Shown piece after piece: positions 13,267 through 25,405 of a stretch of 64,000 bases of DNA. Made by a program: the position numbers and the translations under genes. The notes beneath the pieces are model-generated. The model was not told the origin of the DNA. It saw only the letters and a program-made list of their open reading frames with translations, and did not search any database. Position 1 is the stretch's first letter. The number at the start of each line of letters is the position of its first letter. The DNA comes from Amoebophrya sp. A120 (Eukaryota > Protista > Dinoflagellata), in NCBI GenBank assembly GCA_905178155.1, contig CAJINV010000002.1, positions 8,513,224-8,577,223 on the forward strand, in the 5' to 3' direction.

Positions 13267-14496
13267 TCAAAGCTTCGACTTTGAGGCGCCATGTCCTCCG
13301 GATTCTAGTTTGTCTTTCCTCTTCAAAGTCGACAGGTAGTACTGCAAGGCCTCCACGGTCTCCGGCTGCGTCAGAAACTTCCAATTCGAAGCAACGTGGG
13401 TCTCGAACTCTTTTTGCCACTTTTCCAGAAACGGCTGGCAGAGATGCCTCTTCGTTTGGGCCCACGCTCGATTCTGCGTATTGAGAAAAGCTTGCGGTGG
13501 ATGGTTCTCCGGGCTCGCACTGCTTTTCGTTGAGTTGTTTTTGTGCATCAGTGCGATGAAATCTGCAAAGAATGGGGAAGGCACGGATGTACTCCGGGCA
13601 GCGCTTGCGCTGCCGGGAGACCGCATCAGAGCATCGATCGCTTGGGAGACATTTCTTACTCTTTCCGCAGCATGGTCCATACCATTCGTCCCAGCGTCTC
13701 CTTGTCCCTTAATCGTCGAAGAACCTAAACGATCTTCTTCCTCATCCAAAACGAGCTGCACTAGACCGTCGTACGAACGACCCGCCTCTCTGTCTCCAAT
13801 AATTTCTGCTCCCGTCACCATCTTCCCGCTCAGCAGCATTTCCTTCGCCACCGTTTTGTCCGCCAACCGCTGTTCCAGCAGTTCGCCCCAGGCGCACGGC
13901 ACCGGGAGTCCGACGGCGATTTCGGGTAGTCCGACCGCCGCATGCTTTGCCGTCATGATCCGGATGTCGCAGGATAAGATCAACACCGTGCCGGCGCCGG
14001 GGCAGAAGCCATTGATCAACGCGATGGTGAGGATCGGGAAGGTGTAGATGAGCTGGAGGGTTCGAGACAAAATATTCTGCGATTCGCGGCACTTCTGGAA
14101 GTCCTTCGAAGCGATTTGCGCTGCCATTTCCTTTAAATCGCCGCCAGCAGTGAAGGTCTTTTTGGATTTTAAACCGGATCGGAGAAAGCAGGCGACGATG
14201 TTTTTGCTTTTTTCCTGTTCATCCAGCACCGCTTGAAAGGCGGTGTGGAGCTGCTGCCAAAGTGAATCATCCAACAGGTTCACGGGCTCTTTCGCGAGAG
14301 TGATGACTGCGATCTTTTTTGTAGTCGGTGCGGAAAGAAAAATACGACCATCTTCGATTATATCACCTCGATTGGCTCCTGCAAGCATAGAAGCTGACCT
14401 CCCGGCAGCAACAGCAACGGACCGACCGAAGTCGACAAGAAAATCCAGAATCTCTAGGCGAACATGAGGACAGGCATGACCACGCAGACGGGACAT
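13267..14496 (-). CDS. Crotonase-family enoyl-CoA isomerase/hydratase, peroxisomal (PTS1)
   Basis: Motifs FTAGGDLKEM, TIALINGFCPGAGTVLILSCDIRI and VGLPEIAVGL; C-terminus ...SKSKL*. Start codon uncertain; a possible 52-nt GT-AG intron and extra exon lie upstream. Confidence 0.85.
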   Translation of the reverse strand: MSRLRGHACPHVRLEILDFLVDFGRSVAVAAGRSASMLAGANRGDIIEDGRIFLSAPTTKKIAVITLAKEPVNLLDDSLWQQLHTAFQAVLDEQEKSKNIVACFLRSGLKSKKTFTAGGDLKEMAAQIASKDFQKCRESQNILSRTLQLIYTFPILTIALINGFCPGAGTVLILSCDIRIMTAKHAAVGLPEIAVGLPVPCAWGELLEQRLADKTVAKEMLLSGKMVTGAEIIGDREAGRSYDGLVQLVLDEEEDRLGSSTIKGQGDAGTNGMDHAAERVRNVSQAIDALMRSPGSASAARSTSVPSPFFADFIALMHKNNSTKSSASPENHPPQAFLNTQNRAWAQTKRHLCQPFLEKWQKEFETHVASNWKFLTQPETVEALQYYLSTLKRKDKLESGGHGASKSKL

Positions 14497-15381
14497 CTTG
14501 ATTGCTAAGAGCTCCTCCCGCTCCGACTGTTGCACGAAAATGAAGTTGAAGATCAAACGAGTCGGGCCACAGGTTTACGGAATTCTTCTTCGCACAGCAA
14601 TTTCCATCTTCGCGTCCCGCTGTACCCATACACGATGACGGTGCTGGCGCTGCGCCCTTTGGCGGACTGCTGCGCGCTACTCCCTCCTCCACCCCAAAGA
14701 AGACCAGGCACCCAGATTAAGGGTATGGTGGATAGAGCGATCTTCACTCAATTACATAAAGAGGGTCGCTCCGGACACTGTCAATCTGACTGACACTGAG
14801 CATCTGGATGACTTTCTGCTTGCCAGACTTCTCACTCCACACCGTCGAAAAAAGACGGAAGTTTGCTCTACTTCAATGCCTGGCAATCTTCTTACCTCCT
14901 CCACCTCCTGACATCCTTAAATCTATTTCATCGACACATCAAAAAAACAAGAAAAACAAAGGTAAGCAAGAACATCATCGTCCCTTGCTCTCGCATCGAA
15001 TTCGACATCGGGAAAACATCTTCTTCTTCATCTATGCTACTGGGGCTTTCAAACTATAAATATTCGAAGAGCACAAGGGCTCTGTGAAACCGACAACTAG
15101 GATGTGGATTCTGAGCCTGTTATCATAGGGATACATGATTACGTAAACAACTCCTACGAACATAGCTATTCAACATTTGCCAGCTGTTCATCAAGAATCA
15201 ATAGATCATCTTCATCAACAACATCTTCGTAGCTAGCAAACACGGCGCATCGTCTAATCGTGTCGATCGCACAAACGTAGTACGGTACAGAGGTGGAAAA
15301 CAAGAACAGAATTTACACCCATCCAACCTTAAATAAAGTTACACTCCTATCGACAACTTGCTCTTAACCGTTGTGGCTCTA

Positions 15382-15831
15382 TTAATGTGCTCCTCCACCC
15401 CGAAAAAACCTTCCCGCTGCCGCCTGCAGTGTGGACCTTCTCGATGTTTTTCCTCCCACGTGTTCATCCCACGCATTCTCGAGCTGCGCCCTTTGTTTCG
15501 CTGCCTCCTGTTTGCGCCTCTGCGTCTCTCGCTTCTTTTCCTTCTCCTCTTCGCGTTCCTTCTGCTGTGCGGCTTCTTCAGCCTGCTCGATTTTTCTGCG
15601 GAGTTCCTCCGCTTTTTGTCGATCGTGCTGCTCTAGTCCGGCATGGAGCTCCTTGACGATTTCCTTAGCTCTGTCGAAGTCGTCGGCCTTGATAGCGTCC
15701 TTCCATTGTTTCCCGAGATCTTCCTTTTTTCGCTGCCACTCCTCATCCTGGTACGTGAGTCCTCTACCTGAAAGAATTACGTACAAATTATATACACGAA
15801 GAGCAGCGAATGCGAATATCGCGAACAACAA
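15382..15831 (-). CDS. Small membrane-anchored coiled-coil protein (5' end unresolved), SELENOS/VIMP-like layout
   Basis: N-terminal hydrophobic stretch, E/K/Q-rich coil, then ENAWDEHVGGK...FRGGG. No in-frame ATG before the upstream stop, so it is likely spliced. Confidence 0.55.
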   Translation of the reverse strand: MLFAIFAFAALRVYNLYVILSGRGLTYQDEEWQRKKEDLGKQWKDAIKADDFDRAKEIVKELHAGLEQHDRQKAEELRRKIEQAEEAAQQKEREEEKEKKRETQRRKQEAAKQRAQLENAWDEHVGGKTSRRSTLQAAAGRFFRGGGAH

Positions 15832-15941
15832 CTGCTTGCAAATTCCTTCGTCTTTTTTACAAAGCAGTCTTTTTTATCAATTCAAAGTAAGAAAGAGGAA
15901 GAGCATTTGCCAAAAAATATTCCAGCATAAGAACAGAAAAA

Positions 15942-17089
15942 TTCAAGTAGGCCAATTTCCCAACAAACACTAATTGCTATATTTGCATTGAAAAAAAAAA
16001 GTCCACATCTCGATCCGAGGCAGCACTGTGACAACATGTCGCAAGCCACACCGAACACGACGAAACACCGGACGCGCCGCCCTGTCGCGGCCCCTTCCCC
16101 GCGTCGCTGCCCCCCTGGGTTCCGAGATCCGCACTGCTACCGGAGAAGAAGAAACACCACATCCCTGGCCCGGAAATAGTAGCGCGTAGGTGCGAACACA
16201 CCGGAAACGGTCCCGGGCGAGGGAGACGGCTGTGAGCAGGTTGCAACAACCCTCGCCGTGTGGCGAAGCGGCACTCCGAGATTTTTTTTGCGTGGCTCAT
16301 GCGCCGGCGGGGCGCGCGGCTCGGCTGGCGCCCCCCTGGGCCGGCGGCCCAGAGCGGCGCCGGCGCGGCTGGCCCGGCAAGGTGGCGGCCAGGCCGGGCC
16401 ACTAATGACCACTAGCAAAAACGGCCCCGCGCCACTAATTGCCATGCCGGGGGGCGCGCCACTAATTACCTTGCGAGCCACTACCGGGTCGCGACCGGTA
16501 GTTAGTGGCGTGTAGTGGCAGCGCCATTGCGCGCCACTGCGTCCCTTATTTACCTTACGAGCCACTCCGTGCGCTAATTGCGCACGCAGCCGCCCGGCGC
16601 CACTATTTTTCGGTCGGCGGTCCCACCCTGCACCCCCGTGCGACCGCAGCACCGGCGGGCCGCCGCGGGGCTGGCTGAAAAAAAAACGCGCGCCCTCCGG
16701 GCGCGCGGTCCGGCGGGGTGGGCCCCGCCCCGCGTGGCGCGCTGCGTCGCGCCTCGATTTGCGTCATCGCTCTGCCCCCTCAAATGAGAAGCGGCCGACC
16801 ATAGTACTTACAACGAAAAAGCTCCCGAGCTCTTTGCCCTTTTTCCAGTCCGCCCTTCTTCATTCGGGGATGGACAATGCTCAGCCTGTCCATATATTGC
16901 GACCGATAGCCGCTGCGGCGACACAGGGCGCGCGCTGCACGGACGGCCCGGCCATTGCTGCTTCGTCACGGGAGGCCGTTGGTCGCCAGCTTTCCACACC
17001 GACGCGCGCCACCCCTGCTGCGAATTCACTTTTTCATTCTTGAAGGCAATTATAGCAATTTGTGGTTGTTGGGAATTGGCCCACATGAA
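15942..17089. mobile_element. Non-autonomous TIR element (~1.15 kb) with GC-rich repetitive interior
   Basis: Left TTCAAGTAGGCCAATTTCCCAACAAACACTAATTGCTATATTTGCATT vs reverse complement of right TTCATGTGGGCCAATTCCCAACAACCACAAATTGCTATAATTGCCTT. Interior has many GCCACT motifs. TSD unclear. Confidence 0.75.
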
Positions 17090-17420
17090 AAAATCAAGTC
17101 CGATGAACAGGAAAAAAAAAAGTCAGGAAAGCTGGCAAACACCGATGGATTATCAACATGAGCTGGTGGACTTCTGTTCTAGCGAGGAACAAGGATCATG
17201 GGAGACGAGATGATGGATCGCGTCCTTGTACACCATATACAAAGGCAGTAGGAGTCAGTTGTGGCTTGTTCGCTGATCATATCGCTTTGTCAAAGTTGCG
17301 CTTTTTCGAAACAATACCAGCAATAGCACGATCTTCAAGAAGGACAACATGCACCAGCCGGTCGTTGCAAGTGTCATAAGTCGAACGCGGCCTCGAAAAG
17401 GAAAGTTCTGCTGGTTCTTG

Positions 17421-20400
17421 TTACAAAAAATCGTCGTCCCCCGCGACATCGGCAGTGCCTCCACTGGAAATGACAGCCTGCTGGTCGTACATCTGCTTGA
17501 TCTGCTCGTTCGTCGTCGCATCCTCGGGATTTTTGTCGTCCCGAATCCGGATAAACCGCGGAAACCGCAGCGCGATGCCCTTGTCCGGGTGCGCCATGCC
17601 GGTTGCGGCACAATGGACAGGGGAGATAGACAAGTCGGCGGCTTTGACTTCCCAGACCTAGTGTGCGTGTTTGATTTTGGCCCAATCTGCATCGATCTGT
17701 ACCTCAAAATACAATACACAATCACTCGAATTCGCTGGTGGACTTCACTTCTGTTCAAAAGTCGTTCAACATTGCAATTCATTGATGCACATGCAGAAGA
17801 TATACGACATCATCCCAATGACAGACAACCTAGAGGGCAGAATCACCTGACATATCTCGAGCCACACATCGGGCTTGATCGCTGGCGTGTCGTTCCATAA
17901 AACGTTGCCGTCCGGGCGATCGGTGCGAGTTTTGTCCTTGAAGAATTGGTGGTGCTGCTTCAAGTCCTCGTCGGAATACCTATGGTATAGGTATGAGTTT
18001 GTCATGCATAAACAGCTAAGTTCTGAAGTTCATCATGCTAGAGTGCTGCCTATTCAAATTAGAAATCGCTCTCTTACCCCGTCCCCGCCTTGCAGAGCGT
18101 CTGGAATTCGTCGTTATCCGGGTTGTAGCAGGCGAGCAGGTAACTGCCGAACACCCCCGTACGCTTGCCGGTCCCAAACCAGGCACCTGATCATGCACGA
18201 TGTACGAAGTGAAAGTGTAACACCTGACAGCTGCTGCTGCGTATCACCTCCAACCCACGGCATAATTTAGCAAAATGTGAACTACTACTGTCTACTCTGT
18301 CGACCACGTGAACAACATGCTGGCGAAGTCAACGTGCAATAACTCTATCAATACCGATCGGCACCACGTCGACGCTGTCGCTCATGCCCTGCATGTAGTC
18401 TTTTTTTAGTTTGAGCCAGTTCAGCGAGCGTTTCGACGGTTCGTACGTGGCGTTGTCGTCCAATGTTTTTAGCATCAAGCCCTCGCATATGGAAGCGTCA
18501 GGATTGAAATCGTCAAAGTTGAATATAATTTCTCATGCATAAATGGCAAGGCATGAAATGTCTCTCTTGCAGAGATGGCAAGTGAGGCCGACTGTAAGCC
18601 TGTTTTGGGTCTGCGATAGAGCTGCTAAACTAGCATGACAAAAGACGCCTTCTGCCCCTAAACAGCATGACAAACTGGCTTTACTAGACGGCGCCGAAAT
18701 TTGTCACGCACCGCTTGGAAATTGGGTTTCCAACTCACTGGTATCGATTTTATGCATTACAAGTTATTTCAACTTTGTCGATTTCAATCCTGACACGCCC
18801 ATATCGCACGACGCGTTGATCGCTTCGTTCAGGTACTGCTGAATGGGTTCCTCCTCCAGATCCATGTCCTTCCCCTCCGCGAAGTGCAGTTTGCCCTCCT
18901 CCTTCTTCAGCACCGTGTTACTCACGAGCTTGTCGCGCCGCTCCCGTAGCGTTTTCCCGGTCCAGGGCCGTCCGTTCAGGAAGATCAGGTCGAAGGCGAA
19001 CAGGCAAACTTGGACCTTGATTTCCTCCACTTTCACGTTCTTCTTCGACCGGGTGGAGAGTTTTTGAAACGGCTGGATCGTCTTCGTTGCCGGTTCGTAC
19101 GCGACGATCTGGGTTCGTGGAGGTTGTACTAGTGTTTTTGTAAGACGCCAGCTCTTTACGTGCCTACTTTTACATGAGCGAGTTGGCATTAATGTCATTT
19201 GTGCACCCAACCTTCTTGAGGAAGCTACTTCTTCATTATCTTCAAAAAAAACCTACCTCAGCGTCCACGATTAGACTTGTCACGTTCTCCGTCATGTTTG
19301 CCTTCACGATTTCCAGCACATCGGGGTACTTCTGGGTCATGTTCTCGCTGTTCCGGGAATAGATCCGGTACTCAATTTTTCCACTTTTTGTTTTGTACAC
19401 GTGTACCTGTGCCCTTTCGCCGTCGTATTTAAACTCGGCGGTAAACTTCGTGCCCGCGAGCCGCTCCATCACTTCTGAGATCCCTTTCGACGGCTTGGCC
19501 AACATCGGTTTCAGCGGTATCCCCGGCGTGATCTTGCAGACCTTGCCGAGTTTTTCCGGCGTGATCGAGATTTCTCTTTCTTCTTCCAACCCGGTTGTCT
19601 CGTTTTTCACCTTCACCTTTTCCTTCTCCAAAAGTGCTTTCGTGATTCTTTCGTAGTTCGGCATTTCGCAGTAGGCTTTCTTCACCGCGAGCTCCATTTT
19701 CTGCAACTTCACGTCCAGCTCCTCGCTCGTGCCAAAAGCCGCTTTTCCGATTTCCTGTTTATCACAGCACTCCGCGAAAACGACGGCGTGCGCGAGGGAA
19801 GTGAGAATCGTTGCGGTGTTGATCCCCACGCGCAGCTTGGCTTGGAAGGATCGCACCAAGTACTTCACTTCGTCGCGCTGCGTAGCGGCAATCAGCTTCT
19901 GCATCGTTTCTTGCTTCGTCTTCTGGCTGTTCTTCCCTTCCACCTTCGCGATCTTGTCCCGGATCTCGGTGAAAACCTAAAAAAATGCGAGAAATGGAAC
20001 GGAGTCATGTTGATGCTTGTTGGTCTCATCGTCTAATCATACCGTTACCGGTAAGCGAGATATATTCAAATCGCGCGGAAATATGTGAAAAGTACTTGGA
20101 CTTGCAAAGCGAAGCAATTGCAATGCATCGCAACACAAGCTTCTCATTTACTGTCATCTCTACCTTGGTGATCGTCAGCCTCGCCGGCGTCATGATTTGC
20201 CTCGTTTTCATCTTCAAAATCAGAGCCGCTTCTCCGACGTCCTGCGCCTCCGACCGCGTAATCAGATCCTGGATGGCCTGCGGTGAGGACGAGAACGCGG
20301 TCGATACGGCTTTGAAGACCAATGCGTCGCCCACCCCGACTTCCACATTTTCGTAGTCCGCCGCGACTTTGGAAAGCAGAAAGTAGCAGGCGGAAATCAG

Positions 20401-21177
20401 TTCTTCGGGCTTTTTGAGCATGATCGTCCTGAACAGGTTGGTTAAGACGACGATTTTCATTTTGTTACTCCCCTTGCCACTCCCTATCATCTCCTCGATC
20501 ATTGTCAAGCCGTCGGTGATCAGCTGAAAAGGCAGCGGCTTACCCTTCTCGTAGCTACACGTCGCCGGGTGGTAATTCGTCGAGTTCAGCTTCTTCTGTG
20601 CGTCCTTATTCCCGCTGCGGAAGTTCTCCGCCGTGCCCTCACCCGTGCTGGTGTTCCAGTAGGAAAGCGGTCCGGTGGCGGTGGTTGTCGAGGTTGAAGC
20701 GCCGGCGGCCGCGGGCTGCTTCACGGACTTTCCGGGAGGTATTGCTGGTGCCTTAGAGGAGGAAGAAGAGGAGCCTTTCAATTGTTCCTCTCGCTCCTTC
20801 TGCATCATTTCCATCACAGTGCCCGCGTTCCACTTAGCTTTTGACGGCCCGCCACTAGCGGCTGCGCTAGTGCTGCTGGACGATGCGGCCGCGGAATTTC
20901 CGACGAGAGGCATCGCGGAGGGTGCTGATGTTACGCCGCTGTCTGCCATAATCACGTCCTTGTCATCTGGTTTTCCCGTAGTTTTCTCGCTTTCCGCTGC
21001 GGGTGCTGGCGCAGGTGCGGCGCCGACATCCTCTGGCGGCAGCAGCTTCTCTGGAGAGGCGAGTTTCTCCGGGAGCTTCTGCTTCTTCGCAGCGCTCGTG
21101 CCATCCGGGTCTTCGACTGTCGCCTCCTCCAGCGGTCGCTTGAGACTCGTGTTTACGTTGTCAGGAACCGCGACCAT
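17421..21177 (-). CDS. LIG1: DNA ligase I (7 exons, ~881 aa)
   Basis: Motifs [59 protein letters not shown] and [18 protein letters not shown] introns 19977-20163, 19109-19256, 18187-18354, 17980-18077 and 17658-17846, plus one 321-nt non-canonical intron. Spliced length is divisible by 3. Confidence 0.97.
18488..18803. mobile_element. TIR introner IE2 in LIG1 (321-nt non-canonical intron)
   Basis: Direct repeat TCGCA at 18483-18487 and 18804-18808. TIR TATGGAAGCGTCAGGATTGAAATCGTCAAAGTTGAA vs TATGGGCGTGTCAGGATTGAAATCGACAAAGTTGAA. Excision restores ligase motif SCEGLMLK. Confidence 0.95.
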
Positions 21178-23586
21178 CGTGTCAGTTGTGACAAGAACAG
21201 TGTGAAAGTTCAAGTTGTAGTTCTCACTTGTGTTTCGATTGACTTTGTGTGAGTTCTTAGAGTTAGGTCTTACCTGTTGGAAGAGAGCGCATAGCTATTT
21301 CTTGAAACTGCGCACCACGGCCTGATTTGTATACCAAAAACTACGGATAATGAGCGGAGAAGGAAAAAGGGGAAGCAACTACATCAGCTCCGACATCTCC
21401 GGCACAATAATTCGGCTCATAATCACCCTAGCTCTAGAAATCCGGAAGAGCACACGGCACTTCTCCTCGACAAGTGATCTTAGCTGTTGTACTAGTACTT
21501 CAGTCTGTATTTCACATCAACTTTGAAATTGTTCGTCCCGCACTACGAGAACACTAGTGCGTGGTCAAGGTCCGCAACAATTTTTAAAGAAAGCAAGAAT
21601 CGACATCCCATCTTGTCTGTACTCACTTGTCGATTGCCCTCTCATTTTCTTCAGATGATGTACCTTTAATCATCCAAAGAAGTGTCGGGTATAACATGGA
21701 TGACGAGGCGGTTTGCTCTATCAATACTTGAGCAAATTTTCGTGCTCCCGTTTGCCACAGACGAAAAGAAGTGCCACCATCGACATCTTCGCCACGATTG
21801 CGGCGGACACCCACGTCGATATTCACCGCAGAGGCTTCATTTCGGCACCACCTTCATCATACGCAGCGCGTTTCGGACCATCTGCGGTTTTTTTTTTTGA
21901 GTTTTTGAAATTGAATAATCAAAAATCATCATATGATCACACTCAGAGGTGTACCATCACCAGAATCAAAATTTTTTGTTTCATCCTCTGGAAGATTTCA
22001 TGGTCGACGAGCACCAGCAGTAGAGTACCGCGTCCGTTCGCATTGGGGAGTATTGGCTGCGCTTGTGATGGCAGTAATCCAGCAAGACGTCGACCCAGTT
22101 TGTGCGAGCAAAAGGCTGAGTCGCTTTGAAGACCTCTCACGACGCATGCTGATCAGATTCGCATCAAAAATGAGAAGAGCTACATTTATTTCTGTCCTGC
22201 TGCTGGTGATACAGTACTCACTCACATGTTGACGTACTACTTGACACAAGGACATACAAGCACGACTCAAACGGTTGCAAGCATACATTCCGATCGGGAG
22301 TGGTTGACCGCGTACATGTAGAAGCTGATTTTTTGTCAGGCAGGTTGTGAGTATGAGTTTTTCTCTTTCATGATCGTCAGTGATTCCATTTTCAACTACT
22401 CCTTGCTCTGATATAAAAACTTATGCTAATGCAATGCTGTGTCGAAACAAAAAGAGAAAACGAAGCAGGCATGCCCATGCTTCTTTGCAACGATAGTGCA
22501 GTAGATTATACAATGCTCCCGAGGCGGCACCCATGGCGCAGATGGGGCCCATGGTGTTGGAGGTGGAGCTGTTCGTGATTGGTGCCGGCATCTTTTGGGT
22601 GTTCAACTGTAGTGCTTTTATTTATCACGACTTTGCAACTGCTCTATCAAACGGAGCGATTTTTACTTCTTCTGAATGAATCTGAAATAATAAATAAAGC
22701 AAGATTTACCAAAAGGCGGGTGATAACCATGATACATATTGTTTAGCAAATGCCGCAATCGCGTTCGCTCCCGGAGTCGGACATGAGAAGTCAGTGGAGC
22801 TAAACCGCCGTCACTCATAGTGCAGGGTCAGACTCTCTCGTGAAACAAAACATGCGGCGCTCCACCTGGCTTGGTCGCACTTGTGTTGTAGTTCTACCCG
22901 TCAAAAAAAGAAAAAACTTCAATAGACGAAAACCACGGTGGCAGAAGCAGAACCCATATAGAGAACAGAAAAAAGAACAAGACTCCGCGCAAGTGCGTCG
23001 CTCTGGCAAGCAGCATGCTCCTGCAGCACGATGAACGGTTCTTTCGAAGAAGGTTGGCGAGAGAAAAAACTAGTGCTGTGCGTTGGAATTATCTTCCCTT
23101 CGTTCATGTGAAAATAATCATCTTCAAAGCCCTCCGCCACTTCTTACCAGAACGAATTACCACGCAGTGCGTGATCTTCGTTCGAGCTTGATCGTGGTAA
23201 ATGAACTACGCTCAGATCGTAAGAACTTCAGTTATAGCTGTGTATAATTTTTCGTCGCTTCCGGATCCATGAACTTTTCAACTTTCCAAACAGCCCCTGA
23301 CAAGATAGGAAGTCGGCCACCTAGTTCTAGAAGAAGATGACGCTGTTGACAAAGAAATCAAGCAAGAAAAGTAATCAAAGTACTTACAGAGAAGTAACAC
23401 AACCGCGAAAGCGAAAATTCCTACGTTGAGAAGCCGGATTTGCCTTCCCACCCTTTTCCCTGCGGAAAAAGAAAAGTTACTTGAGGTCGCACTTTCTCCG
23501 TCCGCAACAGAAACTGATGCTGCATTCGTAGTCCTCGCGCAGGTGCACGCCGCGGAGGTGTCTACGAAGATAAATTGCACCACCAC

Positions 23587-24379
23587 TTAACCGCTGTAGG
23601 GCGTGCAGAGCCCGCTGGCGTTGCCGGCACCGGAAGCAACCACCAATCCGATGATCAAGCCATACAGGCCCAAGGCTTCGGCGAAGATCAGAATCAGGAT
23701 CATGCCGACGAAGAGGCGGGTTTGCTGGGCGTTGGCGCGGACACCGGCGTCGCCCACAATACCAATGGCGAGACCCGCAGCGAGAGAAGACATCCCGACG
23801 GTGAGGCCGGCACCGAGGTGGGCGAAACTGTGGTAAGGGTGACGTGAGTCAGAGTTCCTTGTTTTGGGATGCGCGCATGAAAGCGTTAATATCAAAATAA
23901 CGTGATTCTTCCATAACACCTTCGACGTCCAAAAGACGATTTTTGTTTTTCATCATTCAAAAATGTGGAAGTATACCCCTGGTAGGCGGAGTATTTGGCG
24001 GGTTCGTTTAGCTTTTCGTTGATAATCACGGATGTGATCAATCCGTAGATACCCAACACACCTGATTTAGTTTTTTTTTTTTTGATTGCAATTATGTTTT
24101 GCAGCTCCTGGATACTTCTGCCGCATAGACACGGGCGAATATGATCAACATGCACTACAGACAAGCACTGGTCGACGTCTACAAAACAGCTTTACCAGCC
24201 ATGACCACCGGGATGATGGACTTCATCATCAATTCAGGTCGCAGCACACCCATAGACATGATTCCGACCCCGGACTTGGCGGTCCCGTAGGCGGCTCCCA
24301 GGTTCGCGAACACGATGGCAGAGGTTACCCCCATGAAGCCGAAGAAGCTGGAGGTCGGGTCGCAGGGAATGACGGCCAT
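23587..24379 (-). CDS. ATP6V0C: V-type ATPase 16-kDa proteolipid subunit c (169 aa, 3 exons)
   Basis: [30 protein letters not shown] and [25 protein letters not shown] introns 24062-24195 and 23828-23976. Confidence 0.97.
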
Positions 24380-25405
24380 TTTGACAGATCGATGGGTCAG
24401 ATGCTCAAATTCAGAGAATTCTTTACAGCAGTAGCTTTTTGCTCGGAAAGCAAGTGCGCAATAGATGAGCTCGAACTTGGTAGAGTGCTGAAGGTAATAT
24501 ATCTCCTAATTCTTTGGTGTTTTTGAAGGAAATTGTCAAAGACGGGTCACCGTCAGAGTCGCAGAAGTACTGACTGACTTCCAAGCAGCAGAAAAAAATG
24601 ACGAAGACGAGGAAACGCAGTTGCAAAACCAAACGGAGCAGAGGAAGTTCAGTTCACGGTTCTAGCGCAGGTGTCAATAAAACATTTCCGTTGTTGTACC
24701 TCGTGCAAAAAAAAAGAGGAAAATTCCTAAGTTTTGGGTCACGCAGTTCATTTTACTACGTACGGCTCGCACAGAAGTGATATCCAACCATCATGTGAAG
24801 GCCACCTATTCTAGGCAACTTCAAGCGGCACAGCAAATTTCCGCACGAAAAAACAACACTGACCAAGACGGAGTGATAAGATTAAGGCGGAAATGGAACA
24901 GCTTTCATGCACAAAACCTACACACGGTGGGCTCGCAACTGGAGCAGTTGGCGTCGCGAGCCTGCCTTCTACCAGCGGTCGACGTGGGTTCCTTCTTTAT
25001 TGTTGATTCATTGTTACATTGCGGGACGGGACCCACACACAGCGTCGCCACGGAACGGTCATTCAAACACGAATACTAAGATCGCTTTGTAATTTCAACC
25101 GTCTGATGGGTGCAGTGAGGCCAGTACGGTGAGACAAGGAAACATCGTTATCCTGTCGCAGTGGCACCGGCGCTACATCATTTTTTACAGGGGGACTTGC
25201 ATCAATACATTCATGGAACCTAATTGTCGATTATCCTCCGCAGATGGCTCTCTGCTACTTCTTGGAACATCATCGATGTTTATCAATCATCGAAAAGAGC
25301 AAGGTGCCGAGAAGCTCGACCTCGTGCTTCAAAATCAAATCATACAAGAATCAACTTTCAAGAGCCGCCAGCCACTGCTCTACCGGTGGTGGTGCCATCA
25401 CTGAC

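Noticed and set aside
14467-14496. PTS2-like RL...H signal at the crotonase N-terminus
   Set aside because: The spacing is RLx6HV, not the RLx5HL consensus.
15977-16787. Overlapping Arg/Ala/Pro-rich ORFs as a possible transposase
   Set aside because: They are artefacts of very high GC inside a TIR element, with no DDE or other catalytic motifs.
21623-23140. Possible small spliced genes between LIG1 and the V-ATPase gene (similarly 4400-5500, 12500-13140, 56450-57100, 62940-63995)
   Set aside because: No consistent exon chain or recognisable motif could be assembled; left uncalled rather than excluded.
24374-24383. GCCATTTTG resembling part of the dinoflagellate spliced leader
   Set aside because: It is simply the antisense of the V-ATPase start context (CAAAATGGC) and too short.
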